DNA of 64,000 nucleotides, from contig CAWCIZ010000003.1 in the NCBI GenBank assembly GCA_963795855.1, positions 128,001-192,000 of the forward strand. The letters are read 5' to 3'. The DNA comes from Vulcanimicrobiota bacterium. GTDB lineage: Bacteria; Vulcanimicrobiota; Vulcanimicrobiia; Vulcanimicrobiales; Vulcanimicrobiaceae. Of the stretch, positions 20,460 to 30,348 are shown in pieces (positions within the stretch are counted from its first letter, which is position 1; every line of letters begins with the position of its first letter). The position numbers were made by a program, and so were the translations under genes. The notes beneath the pieces were generated by a model that saw nothing but the letters and a program-made list of their open reading frames with translations, did no database searches and had not been told where the DNA came from.

Positions 20460-21509
20460 CCGCGCCGCTTCCAAGATCGATTCCGGCGCGCCCGCGCGTA
20501 CGATGCGGTTCAGGCGCAAGTTCGCGCGACGGAAGAGATCGGCGAACTCTTCGCGCGTCCGTTCGCGTCCCGGCAGCATCGCAAGCATTTCGAGATCGCT
20601 GATGCGATCCTGGGTCCACCAATTGTTCGGCGCCGGCGCGACGGTTTCGTAAACGAGCACTCGCGCGTGTGTGGGCATTGTCTTACGCACGTTCTGCAGC
20701 ATCCGCACGCACGACGAGTCGTCCCAGTCGTGCAGCACGTGGCTGAAGATGTATGCGTCCGCCACGGGCGGCTCGCCGGTTAGAATATCGCCGGCGACCA
20801 CATCGAGGCGTTCGCCGGCCGGCACGCGTTCCGCCACGTTCTGCACCTCGAACACAGTGCCGCGCAAACCCGGAAAGCGCGCGAGAACCGTCGCGAGCAA
20901 CACGCCCGTGCCGCCCCCAACGTCGACGATATGATGCATCCGTGAAAAATCGTACGCTGCGGCGAACGCATCGGCAAAGAGCGGCGTGAGCGACTGCATC
21001 GCCGCGTCAAATGTTCGGCGCGCTTTCGGATGCGACTCATAGTAGGAAAACATCGGCACATCATGCGCCACGTCAAACCCCGGCCGATCGTCGCGGATGC
21101 CCGTCGCCATGTCGGCATACGCCGCCGTGTGCCACGGTGCGTTCGCGTAGAGCACCATCGGCGCCGCATTCCCTTCGCCCGTCAAGGCTTTGCCGAGATA
21201 TCCGAGCGCAAAACGTCCGCCCCCCTCCGATTTGACGACGTCGTATGCGGCAAGCGCGCGCAATAATCTAAACAACCGGTCGCGATTGCCATAACCGTTT
21301 GCGGCGAGATCCTCGGCCGTTCGCGCGCGTTGCGCGAGCGCGTCGGGTAAACCCAACTCGCAGAACGCCGCGAGACTGTGAGCCACCCACGACATGGTGC
21401 CGAGTTCGATAATGCCGAACCGCCGAGGAATGATGCGCCGCCGAACCTTCGCCAAGACATCCGCTGCACGCGAGATGGTGGCGGCAAGCCAGGGCGGCGG
21501 AGCGCTCAT
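20445..21509 (-). CDS. SAM-dependent O-methyltransferase (Methyltransf_2 with dimerisation domain)
   Basis: IVDVGGGTG, GDIL, SHVLHDWDD, GRERTREEF. Confidence 0.88.
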   Translation of the reverse strand: MSAPPPWLAATISRAADVLAKVRRRIIPRRFGIIELGTMSWVAHSLAAFCELGLPDALAQRARTAEDLAANGYGNRDRLFRLLRALAAYDVVKSEGGGRFALGYLGKALTGEGNAAPMVLYANAPWHTAAYADMATGIRDDRPGFDVAHDVPMFSYYESHPKARRTFDAAMQSLTPLFADAFAAAYDFSRMHHIVDVGGGTGVLLATVLARFPGLRGTVFEVQNVAERVPAGERLDVVAGDILTGEPPVADAYIFSHVLHDWDDSSCVRMLQNVRKTMPTHARVLVYETVAPAPNNWWTQDRISDLEMLAMLPGRERTREEFADLFRRANLRLNRIVRAGAPESILEAARLSDD

Positions 21510-22441
21510 GAGACAGTCTGCAAGTTTTTGAAGTACTGGAACGTCTCGCGCATGCCGTCGACGAGTTTGGTTCGCGGTTCCCAGCCCAACTCGCGCTTTG
21601 CGAACGAGTAATCGAACTGCGCGTCACGGGCGTCGCCGGGCCGCTTGGGACCAGCTGTAACCTGCGGATGCAGACCGCTGATATCGCACAGCGTGCGGTA
21701 GATTTCATTCACGCTCGTGCGCCGGTTCGTTCCGATGCAATAGCACGTGCCGGAACCGCGCTCGAGCGCGATGCTGTTCGCTTCAGCGACGTCTTTGACG
21801 TAAACGTAGTCACGCGTCTGTTCGCCATCCCAATCGATGCGCACGCCCTGGCCGCTCAAAAACTTTCCGATGAAGATGGCGATGACGCCCGCTTCGCCGT
21901 TTGGATCCTGCCGCGGTCCGTACACGTTCCCATATCGCAGCGCCGTAAAGTCGAGCCCGTGCTCCGCTTTGTAGAAGCGAAGATACTGTTCGGAAACCAT
22001 CTTCGTTATGCCGTACGGTGATTCGGGGCGCTGAGGCGTGCGCTCGTCCATCGGAAGTCGATCCGGCGTGCCGAAGGTTGCACCGCTCGACGCAAAAAGC
22101 ACTTTTTTCACCTTACACCGCACGGCGTTGTCGAGCACGTTCAGCAGGCCCATCACATTCACGTCGGCGTCGTACTTGGGATCGCGAGCGCTTATCGCGA
22201 CGCTGTGCTGTGCGGCGTGGTGATTGACGATATCGGGTTTGAAATCGTCGAAGACTTGCCTCAGCCGTTCGTCACGCACGTCCACGTGCTCGAATTGCGC
22301 GCCGTCCGGCACGTTCGCGCGCCGTCCGCCGCCGTGCTCCCACAGGGAATCGACTACGAGGACGTCGTGTCCCGCCGACACGTACGCGTCCGCGACATGC
22401 GAGCCGATGAAACCGGCTCCGCCGGTCAGTAAAATGCGCAC
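21506..22441 (-). CDS. NAD-dependent epimerase/dehydratase (UDP-glucose 4-epimerase-like)
   Basis: TGGAGFIGSH, YGITK (YxxxK), LRYGNVYGPRQDPNGEAGV. Confidence 0.9.
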   Translation of the reverse strand: MRILLTGGAGFIGSHVADAYVSAGHDVLVVDSLWEHGGGRRANVPDGAQFEHVDVRDERLRQVFDDFKPDIVNHHAAQHSVAISARDPKYDADVNVMGLLNVLDNAVRCKVKKVLFASSGATFGTPDRLPMDERTPQRPESPYGITKMVSEQYLRFYKAEHGLDFTALRYGNVYGPRQDPNGEAGVIAIFIGKFLSGQGVRIDWDGEQTRDYVYVKDVAEANSIALERGSGTCYCIGTNRRTSVNEIYRTLCDISGLHPQVTAGPKRPGDARDAQFDYSFAKRELGWEPRTKLVDGMRETFQYFKNLQTVS

Positions 22442-22487
22442 AGCCTCTCCTCTAGTTCGTGTTTTGACCCGTCGCGATTGCCGGAGT

Positions 22488-24758
22488 ATGAAGACGCATC
22501 CGCTGCTGCTTCTCGGCGTCGCCGCCGCTGTCGGCGCGGCTGCCGTTCAGCCGGCGTTTCCCGGGCGCTGGCTCGCTTTGGGCGCGTTCACGTTGTGGCT
22601 CGCGTGGCCGTCGCGGCGCGATGAGGCTGACCGCATTCGTTCGTTCGCGGTGGCCGCCCTGGTCGCGGGAGCCTGCAGCGCGTCGCTTCATCTTTCCGCA
22701 GCCGGTCCGCCCGTTCGTACCCACACGCTTCGCGTTGCATGCACGGTGCTCGATGCAACGACTTGTGCGCTCGACCGCGGCATCACGATCGCCGTCGATC
22801 TGCAGGCGAATATGCCGCCCGCGGGAACGCACGTCGAATTACGCGGACGCATCGAGCCTTTCGACGCTCCGCGCAATCCCGGCGAACCCGACGAGCGCGA
22901 AATTGAACGCGAACGCGGCGTGCAAGCGCACATGAGCAACGCGCGGGTCCTCGCCGTATTGCCGCCGGGACCGCTTACGCCGGCAACAATCATTGCGCGA
23001 GCCCATGGATGGGCGCTCGCGCAATTGCAAATGCGCCTCGCGCAGCCTTACTCGGCGATCGTTGCAGGCGAATTGTGGGGCGAGCGCGCGACGCTCCCGC
23101 CCGATCTTCGCGCTGAATTTCAAGAAACGGGCACCGTGCACGTACTCGTAACGGCCGGCCTTCATTTGGGCGTCATTGCGCTCGCGGTGCTCACGTTCTT
23201 GCGGTTCTGCGCCGTGCCGCGCGTTGCCGCCTGCGCGATCGCTGCAAGCGTGCTCTGGACGTACGCGGTGTTCAGTGGGTTACATTTGCCTTCGATCCGC
23301 GCGGCCGCAATGGCGTCGTTTGCGCTTGCAGCGCACGCCGCGGGCGCGGCTTCACGCTCGTGGAACGCGTATGGCGCTGCGCTCGCAGTTATCGCGCTCT
23401 TCTGGCCCCTTTCACTTGACGGTGCGTCGTTCGCGTTGTCGTTTTCTTGCGTTGCGGCGATTCTGCTGTGCGCAGACGAAGTGCAGCGGCTGCTTCAAGG
23501 CTTTGCCGCGCCTCACCGAATTAGGGAAGCGCTCGCGTTGACGATTGCGACGCAACTTGGAACGTGGCCGCTTACCGCCGCGATATTTTTATTGTTTTCG
23601 CCGTACGCGGTCCTAGCGAACCTGCTCGTCGTGCCGGTCGTCGCCGCAACGATGCTCTTGGGCGGCGCGCAACTCGCGGCAGCGTCCATCGCGCCGCTCG
23701 CGCAAGCACTCGCGAATCTGAACGGCTGGCTTCTGGCGTGGATCGTCTCCAGCGTTCAGACCATCGCCGCGCTTCCTGGCGCATCCCTCGCCACGTCGCC
23801 CGCGCCGACATGGACGATTGCAGCCTACGATGCGGCGCTCGTGTCCGCCGTCGCCTGTTGGAAGCGTGGAGGCAAGACGCTTGCACTGGCGCTGCTTTTC
23901 ATGGGCTGCACGCTGGTCGCTACGCCGCCAATTCGTCCCGACCACCATCTGCGCATTACGGTTCTCGACGTCGGTCAGGCGGACGGCATCCTCATTCAGA
24001 CACCGCTCGGACACGCGATACTCGTCGATGCGGGTGGACGCCTCGAGCGCGGCGCGAACGGTGGATCCTCGGCTGAAAGCGTCGGCGAACGAATCGTCGT
24101 GCCGTTCCTGCGCCGCAACGGCGTGCGCCGAATCGACGCGCTACTACTTTCGCACCCGCACGGCGACCACGTCGGCGCCGCTGCTCCGATATTACGCGAC
24201 GGCTTTAGCGTGGGCGAACTCGCAGACAGCGGACAGCAGTATTCCGGTTATGCCTGGCGAGATGCCGTTGCCACGGCTCGCGCCGATCGCGTTCCGATCG
24301 TTTATCCGCGTGCAGGCATGGTTTGGCGCACGGAGGACGGTGTAACGCTGACATTCATCGGCCCCTCACTGCCCTTCATTGAAAGCAGCAACACGATCAA
24401 TGACAACTCGGTCGCGTTCATATTGCAATACAAGCACTTCCGCATGCTCTTCACCGGCGATGCAGGCGTTGCGGCCGAGCAGCGGTTCTTAAACGAGGGA
24501 ATCGATTTGCATGCAGACGTGCTGAAGGTCGGCCACCACGGATCCGCCTATAGCAGCTCACCCACGTTCATCGCCGCCGTCCATCCAAAATATGCCGTCA
24601 TCTCCGTAGGACGCCACAACATGTTCGGTCATCCGGCGCCATCGACAGTGGAAACGTTGCAGCGCTTCGGGGCACGCGTCTATCGCACCGATCGGGACGC
24701 CGCTGCATCCGTCGTCTCGGATGGGACAAACATTGCGATTTCGACAATGTTGCCGTAG
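22488..24758 (+). CDS. comEC: DNA internalisation competence protein ComEC/Rec2
   Basis: PRNPGE, GTVHVLVTAGLHLG, multiple TM helices, MBL domain LDVGQAD, SHPHGDH, LFTGD, LKVGHHGS. Confidence 0.93.
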   Translation: MKTHPLLLLGVAAAVGAAAVQPAFPGRWLALGAFTLWLAWPSRRDEADRIRSFAVAALVAGACSASLHLSAAGPPVRTHTLRVACTVLDATTCALDRGITIAVDLQANMPPAGTHVELRGRIEPFDAPRNPGEPDEREIERERGVQAHMSNARVLAVLPPGPLTPATIIARAHGWALAQLQMRLAQPYSAIVAGELWGERATLPPDLRAEFQETGTVHVLVTAGLHLGVIALAVLTFLRFCAVPRVAACAIAASVLWTYAVFSGLHLPSIRAAAMASFALAAHAAGAASRSWNAYGAALAVIALFWPLSLDGASFALSFSCVAAILLCADEVQRLLQGFAAPHRIREALALTIATQLGTWPLTAAIFLLFSPYAVLANLLVVPVVAATMLLGGAQLAAASIAPLAQALANLNGWLLAWIVSSVQTIAALPGASLATSPAPTWTIAAYDAALVSAVACWKRGGKTLALALLFMGCTLVATPPIRPDHHLRITVLDVGQADGILIQTPLGHAILVDAGGRLERGANGGSSAESVGERIVVPFLRRNGVRRIDALLLSHPHGDHVGAAAPILRDGFSVGELADSGQQYSGYAWRDAVATARADRVPIVYPRAGMVWRTEDGVTLTFIGPSLPFIESSNTINDNSVAFILQYKHFRMLFTGDAGVAAEQRFLNEGIDLHADVLKVGHHGSAYSSSPTFIAAVHPKYAVISVGRHNMFGHPAPSTVETLQRFGARVYRTDRDAAASVVSDGTNIAISTMLP

Positions 24759-24773
24759 GCCGTCGCAGGAAGG

Positions 24774-24957
24774 CTACATCTTGGCGATGCGCAGTTCGGC
24801 TTCAAGTTCGCGGACGCGCTCCACCGATTGCAATCGATGCAGCCGCCGCACCAGCCGCATAGACAAGTTCGCTTCGGAGTTCTTCCTCGTCGCCGTCCAC
24901 ATGCTCGCCGCTTCCATGCTTGCCGTACAGAGCGACGCCGATCGTGTGCCGTTGCAT
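24774..24957 (-). pseudogene. Probable gene remnant (C-terminal GAF-like segment plus coiled tail, frameshifted)
   Basis: MQRHTIGVALYGKHGSGEHVDGDEEELRSELVYAAGAA in one frame continues as LHRLQSVERVRELEAELRIAKM in another. No N-terminal part is present. Confidence 0.4.
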
Positions 24958-25037
24958 GTGAATTGGGGACGTTCACCTTTTTTGTTCTGCAAGCCGTAGC
25001 GCCTGGACCTCAGGCGGTGAACTCTGCGCGGCGGCAA

Positions 25038-26195
25038 CTATCGCAGCGGCGGCAGTCTGGCGATCCACGTGTTGACGTCGTTCAGGAACTGCTCTTTATT
25101 CGAGAGGAAGACGAAGTGGCTTGCGTTCGGTATGACGATCACTTTCGCGTGGGGCAGGCCGGCTTTGAAGCCTTTGATCGCCGCGGTCGTTTCGGCGTTG
25201 AATTCCTTCACTGCGGCTGGGGTGCGATCGGCGGGCGGCTCTCCCGAAAAGTCATGCGGATTGGCGAAGATTGCAAGGATCGGGACGTGGATCGGACCCT
25301 TGAAGCTGCTGGCGTTCTCAATAATCGCCTTTCCGACCGGCGGCATCGGAGGCTGCCCGGGAGCCGGCGTTCCCACCGGATCCTTCGGCTTGTTGCCTGA
25401 GTCGAACGCGTACCAATATCCGGCGTCTACGTATATCAACGCCGACACGCGATTCGGAAAACGCGTCCCGAGGTCGCTAAGTTCTTCGCCGGCGATCGAG
25501 TGGCCCATGACGATCGGCTTCTCGATCTTTAGCGCGTCCATCACGGCGATGACGTCGTCGCCGAGGCGGTCGGAGGAATAGTTCTCCGCGGTCGCAGCCG
25601 GTTTGCCCGAAGCGCCGAATCCGCGTCGCGTCATCGAATACACGTGATAGTGCTTGATCAGATTTGGCACGATCCCGTAGAAATCGTGTCCAGTGTTTCC
25701 AAGGCCGGCGAGCCAAAGAAGCGGACGTCCCTCGCCGCCCCAATCCAGAGCCTCGACGTTCACGCGGGGCTGAACTTCCACATACGTGACCTTTGGTTCG
25801 ACGATCGTCCACGTCGCATGCTTGACTTTTGTGTAGTTCATCGCGATCGGCGCGTAGTTTGGAATGTGCCATTTTCCGTCGAGCGTTTTGCCGCTGGTGC
25901 TGAGCGTTGCGTTGAACACGCGGTGATAATCGATCCACGGCCATGTGTGCATGTCGAACTTCATCGTCACGGCGTTTCCGTGAATCGACACATTCTTCGT
26001 CACGATTGGAACGTCCGATTCATCGAGGCTATGAATCACAACGTCGTATATGCCGCCTGTCTTCGTAATCTGCATGATGCGGTGCGACGGGCCCACAGGC
26101 CCCTTGATGATTCCTTGCCACGTACCGACGAGGCTGGGTTGCGGCGCCGAGGCCGCGAGCAGAAGCATAGACAGCGCGATTATGAGCGTGCGCAA
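25038..26195 (-). CDS. Secreted alpha/beta-fold hydrolase with N-terminal beta-rich extra domain
   Basis: GGAGGT SD then TTG. LDWGGEGRPLLWLAGLG, TRRGFGAS, GHSIAGEE nucleophile elbow, C-terminal His (ASHFVF). Confidence 0.85.
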   Translation of the reverse strand: MRTLIIALSMLLLAASAPQPSLVGTWQGIIKGPVGPSHRIMQITKTGGIYDVVIHSLDESDVPIVTKNVSIHGNAVTMKFDMHTWPWIDYHRVFNATLSTSGKTLDGKWHIPNYAPIAMNYTKVKHATWTIVEPKVTYVEVQPRVNVEALDWGGEGRPLLWLAGLGNTGHDFYGIVPNLIKHYHVYSMTRRGFGASGKPAATAENYSSDRLGDDVIAVMDALKIEKPIVMGHSIAGEELSDLGTRFPNRVSALIYVDAGYWYAFDSGNKPKDPVGTPAPGQPPMPPVGKAIIENASSFKGPIHVPILAIFANPHDFSGEPPADRTPAAVKEFNAETTAAIKGFKAGLPHAKVIVIPNASHFVFLSNKEQFLNDVNTWIARLPPLR

Positions 26196-26450
26196 AGCCG
26201 GACCTCCGATTAAAGCAATCAACGCGATCCTTCGACCGCATCGCTTACGTGCCTGCGCTTACGATGACGTTACACCGCAAGGTCTATAGATCGCAACGGC
26301 GCAAACGTCGTTGCTCGTTGCTAATAGTTCTTGTCCGAGCGCGATTTGCTGACACGTGCGAGCGTTTGAAAACATCTCATCGGAGCACACGAGCGTTGCG
26401 CGCAGACAGAACCAAAGGCTCAAACCATCCGATGTGGAACCGCCGCCGAT

Positions 26451-26927
26451 ATGAAATCTCGCCGTGCCCGTATTGCCGTAGTATTGGCGTGCCTTATGCT
26501 TGCTGCCTCGTCGCCTGCAAAGGCTGCGTCGCTCGTCGGGTTGCACTATCTCGTCGGTACGTGGAGCTGCACCTACCGCGCTGGAGCGTCACGCTTTGCC
26601 TACGGTGCCGTCTACACATATGATCGAAACGGCCACGTGTTGCGACAGATCGATTCATGGCCGGGCGGCGGCGGTGAAGAATTGCTGACCTATGACGCAA
26701 GGCGCGGCTGGACAGCCCTCATCCTCGACGACCAAGGAAACGCAACGATCATGCGCGCGCCAGGCAATGATCCGAACCACATTGCGTACCACAGCGTTTA
26801 CCCCGACGCAAGCATCGCTGAAAGGTTCGATACCGTCTCGGCGACGGAGTATACGCTGCACGCAAAGGTGCACGCGGGTGGAAAGACGACCGCATCAGTC
26901 GATACCTGCGTACGCCGAGCACGTTAG
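26451..26927 (+). CDS. Secreted hypothetical protein (lipocalin/DUF1579-like beta-barrel)
   Basis: Signal peptide, LHYLVGTWSC N-terminal motif, C-terminal Cys. Confidence 0.65.
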   Translation: MKSRRARIAVVLACLMLAASSPAKAASLVGLHYLVGTWSCTYRAGASRFAYGAVYTYDRNGHVLRQIDSWPGGGGEELLTYDARRGWTALILDDQGNATIMRAPGNDPNHIAYHSVYPDASIAERFDTVSATEYTLHAKVHAGGKTTASVDTCVRRAR

Positions 26928-26969
26928 GTGCGGCGCGGGCTCCTATCGTTGGGTGAACGAGTCAGCGCA

Positions 26970-27623
26970 CTAGACCTCAGCCGGAACAACGTCTCTGAGT
27001 GGTTGCGTGTGAATGCCGCACTCTCCGCAGGCATTCGGCGTACCTTTCCACCGGCCGGCACGTTCGCTTTCCAATTCGTCTTCCTCGGGGAACGAGCAGA
27101 GGCCACAACCTAAACTGCGGTATCCGCGAGCGTACATCGGATTGACCGGAATCTCGTTCGTCGCTATGTATCTCCAAATGTCCAATTCGGTAAAGTCGAG
27201 AATGGGGTTCACCTTTACCAGACCGTTTTGTTCCTCCACGGGCTCGAAGTTCGCTCTGGTGATCCCCTCCGTCTTTCGGACGCCTGAGATCCAGGCGTCA
27301 TAATCGCGTAGCGCCTCTTTTGTTTTTTCGACTTTCGGTCTGCCGCAACACTTCTCGCCCTCTTCCTGGGAGAAAATGTATTCGGTGTAGTCGAGCCCGT
27401 ACCGTGCGGCGACGGATTTGGCGAATGCGTACGTTTCCGCAAACTCCGTATCGGCCATCACGCCGAACACCGGAATGTCGGGCTTCACCGAAAGGACTAG
27501 GTGCAGCGTCACCATCGAGTCTTTACCGAAGGAACAACCTAGGCAAATCGACGGATACTTTTCGATGGCGTCGATGACGAGCTGCCGGGCACTATCGATT
27601 TTATCGAGATACTTCATGCGCAA
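26970..27623 (-). CDS. PAPS/APS reductase family protein (CysH-like)
   Basis: SFGKDS, KCC, AWISGVRK, KVNPILDF, YRSLGCGLCS, ERAGRW, C-terminal ECGIH. Confidence 0.85.
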   Translation of the reverse strand: MRMKYLDKIDSARQLVIDAIEKYPSICLGCSFGKDSMVTLHLVLSVKPDIPVFGVMADTEFAETYAFAKSVAARYGLDYTEYIFSQEEGEKCCGRPKVEKTKEALRDYDAWISGVRKTEGITRANFEPVEEQNGLVKVNPILDFTELDIWRYIATNEIPVNPMYARGYRSLGCGLCSFPEEDELESERAGRWKGTPNACGECGIHTQPLRDVVPAEV

Positions 27624-27917
27624 ACCTCGCGTGAAGTGTATAGCAAAATCAATCTCGTGCAGAGTGCGGATACCCCCGCCTCGGCTGCCCGATTGCCCTA
27701 ACCCGACGGCTCCAAACGCCCCATGTCACCGGCCACAGAGTTGCAGCGTTGGAAACACCGGCTCGCGCTCTACAAGAATAAGCGGAATGCCTGCCGTGAA
27801 AGACGCGCCGAACGATCTCCGGGCCGATCCGGCATGATGGGAGTTATTCGCGTAATCTGGGCTGCCGTCTGCGCGCATAACACACCCGCCCCAGCGCGTC
27901 TATTTGTCCGCAACGCG

Positions 27918-27946
27918 CTGACACGAACGCTGAAAAGGTCTATGAT
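27918..27946 (+). promoter_or_regulatory. Sigma70-type promoter for a leaderless VOC gene transcript
   Basis: CTGACA (27918-27923), 17 bp, TATGAT (27941-27946), 6 bp, ATG 27953. No SD. Confidence 0.6.
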
Positions 27947-27952
27947 CCCATC

Positions 27953-28393
27953 ATGAATACCGCACAGGCGCAGACACGGCAGTGCATTTATCCTGCTCTA
28001 CGCTACGACGATGCCAAGTCGGCAATCGCGTGGCTCACCTCCGTGCTCGGTTTCGAGGAGCAGGTCGTCTATCCCGGCGAGGGTGAGAGTATCGCTCACG
28101 CGCAACTGAAACTGGGCCCCGACCTGATTATGCTGGGGAGCGTCGATGTAAAGAACGATCCTTACATGAAGAGCCCGAAAACGCTGGGCGCCGTTACCGG
28201 CGCAATATACATTGCGCTCGAAACGCCCGCGGACGTGGATGCGCTGTACGCACGTGCAAAAACAGCCGGAGCGGATATTTCCCGCGAACCTTCTGATACG
28301 GACTACGGTTCGCACGAGTTCGGAGTGCGCGATCCGGAAGGGCACGCCTGGAGCTTCGGTACGTATCGTCCGAGCGCAGATCGTCAGCCATGA
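27953..28393 (+). CDS. VOC/glyoxalase-bleomycin resistance family protein
   Basis: PALRYDDAKSAIAWL..VLGF, HAQL, DTDYGSHEFGVRDPEGHAWSFGTY. Confidence 0.9.
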   Translation: MNTAQAQTRQCIYPALRYDDAKSAIAWLTSVLGFEEQVVYPGEGESIAHAQLKLGPDLIMLGSVDVKNDPYMKSPKTLGAVTGAIYIALETPADVDALYARAKTAGADISREPSDTDYGSHEFGVRDPEGHAWSFGTYRPSADRQP

Positions 28394-28536
28394 CGACGCC
28401 GAGTCATAGGTAACGGCGCTTGCGTCCGCCGGAACACGAGAGCAGCCGGCCGAAGTTCCGCGCAAACTTACGGAGAAATACGCACTCAGACGACCGCGGC
28501 ATTCCGCTGCGAAAGAGGGGTATCTCTTTTCGCTGA

Positions 28537-28573
28537 TCCGGTACCGGCGGTAGATGAAACCGCCGGTACCGGA
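28537..28573. repeat. Perfect 15-bp inverted repeat between convergent genes (possible terminator)
   Basis: TCCGGTACCGGCGGT-AGATGAA-ACCGCCGGTACCGGA. A second hairpin lies at 28509-28533. Confidence 0.75.
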
Positions 28574-28582
28574 GTCGTGGAA

Positions 28583-30264
28583 TTACGGCGTACCCAGATG
28601 ATCGAGCACGACCCGTGCGAGCGTTTCTGAAGTCGCCAGCACGGGTGAGCCGTTCTGGTGCACGAGCAACTGGAACGCCATACCGGCTTTCAGCACCGTT
28701 AGCCGGCCGTCTTTCCACGACGCCTTGTCGCCCAATCCCGCGATGAGTTGCGCGTCGTTAAATGCCTCTGAGAACTGCGCTGGAATGCCCGGAAGTCCGG
28801 GGAGATTCAGCACCGACTGCACGACATGCAGGCAGCTGAAACCGTGGCACGGCGCTGCGTGAACAGGCTGCATGACGAGGAGAATGTTTCGCGCCACGCC
28901 GTGCGTATGTGACGCGACCGCCCACGCGCACTCGTTCGGCGAGGGGTGCTGCGCGGCGCCCAACGATCCAACGCCTACGCCTAGTGCGGAAGCAACGTCG
29001 GGAGCACCGAGCATCGCGCATGGATCGACTTTCAAATTCGTACCGTTAGACGGAGGTTGCGCCGTCGTCGTCTGCTGCGATTGCGTTGCGGTCTGCGTTT
29101 CAGCTTGAGGTGCAGGTTGCGCTGCAGCAGCAGGCTGAGCCGGCGGCGGGGTATTCAACGACTCCCAGCCGGGTGCCATCGTTACCGTTCCGCCGCACGT
29201 CAAACTGATACGGAAGTTCGCCGGCATGCGGTACTGCGGAACGGGGATTGACACCATCTCCTTCTTCTGCGTGGCCGTGTCAAACGTCACGAGCAAACGC
29301 GTGGGCGCGTCTGCGGCATTAAAAACGCCGCCGCTGATCAGCTGATCGAACGTGTACGGGACGCCCGGAGGGAACGGAATATTTCGCGAACCGAGCGCAA
29401 ACCCACCGACCACGTTGGCCGACGAGGTGTTGTTACCGCTCTTCGTAGAGAGGAACTCGTCGCTCACGCTCGTGGGCGCGACTCGATCGCCGGGGTCGGC
29501 CACACTACCCGGAAAGACCTTACCGTGCGTGATGTTGACCCATTCTTGTCTGACGTGCCAACCAATTTGATCCCTTGCCTTCGTTCCGACGGGAAACGGC
29601 GTGACGGCAAGGACGCGCATTTTCCAGACGCCGTTCGACATCCATTGATTCATGCAGCCGCTGGTTGCGTTGAGCTGCGTGGAGCCGCCCTGCGCCTGTG
29701 CTGCGGCCCCGCTTGCAACGCAGCCGAGCTTGTAATGAAAGTTGTATTGCCTGCTCGAAAAATGCGGCTTGTTCGACGTTGAAACGACGGCGTTGTCGAA
29801 GACTGCGTCCACGCGCCCTCGGTTTGTCGTTCGGATCAACGCTCATGTTCGGGCCGAAATAGACGGCCCGGTACGTCAGTTCGCCGGAAGGCGCCATGTC
29901 ATCGAACGTAAGCCTGCTCGAAATTGTGCCCTTCTACTTGGAGTGCGGAGTTCGAGAGCTGCAAATCCATTGATTTCAATGACGAATCCGCCGGAGCGAG
30001 TTCGCGCGAGGTGCCGTTGCGCCACACCTCCGTGACTTGCCATCCGGTTTGTTTGGCGCCGTCCATGATCGGCTCGACCTTGGTAACTTTTGCGCGCCAA
30101 ACACCATTGAAGAGCCACTGGTTCAAGCAGCCCGTTCGCGCATTGGTTTGCGCAAGAGCCGGCGTAGGCAGTAAAAATTGAGCCAGCGCTAGGCTGGTTA
30201 TTAGAACGGCAGTCGTTATTCCGCGAAACGATCGCGTAAGTGCGACACGATCTCTGGGTGACAT
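28583..30264 (-). CDS. Secreted hypothetical protein with two tandem homologous domains, P/Q/A/T linker and C-terminal DUF3558-like domain (2 frameshifts)
   Basis: Pieces 29899..30264, the N-part of 29520..29897 and 28583..29839 join by single-base corrections. Repeats GCLNQWLFNGVWR and GCMNQWMSNGVWK. Confidence 0.65.
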
Positions 30265-30348
30265 TTGTTTCCTTCCCTTCGCATGACGTATGCAAAAGGT
30301 ATCAGCCTGCCGTCCCGCAAGCGTCCCGCGCGCGGCTTACAGCGGCTG

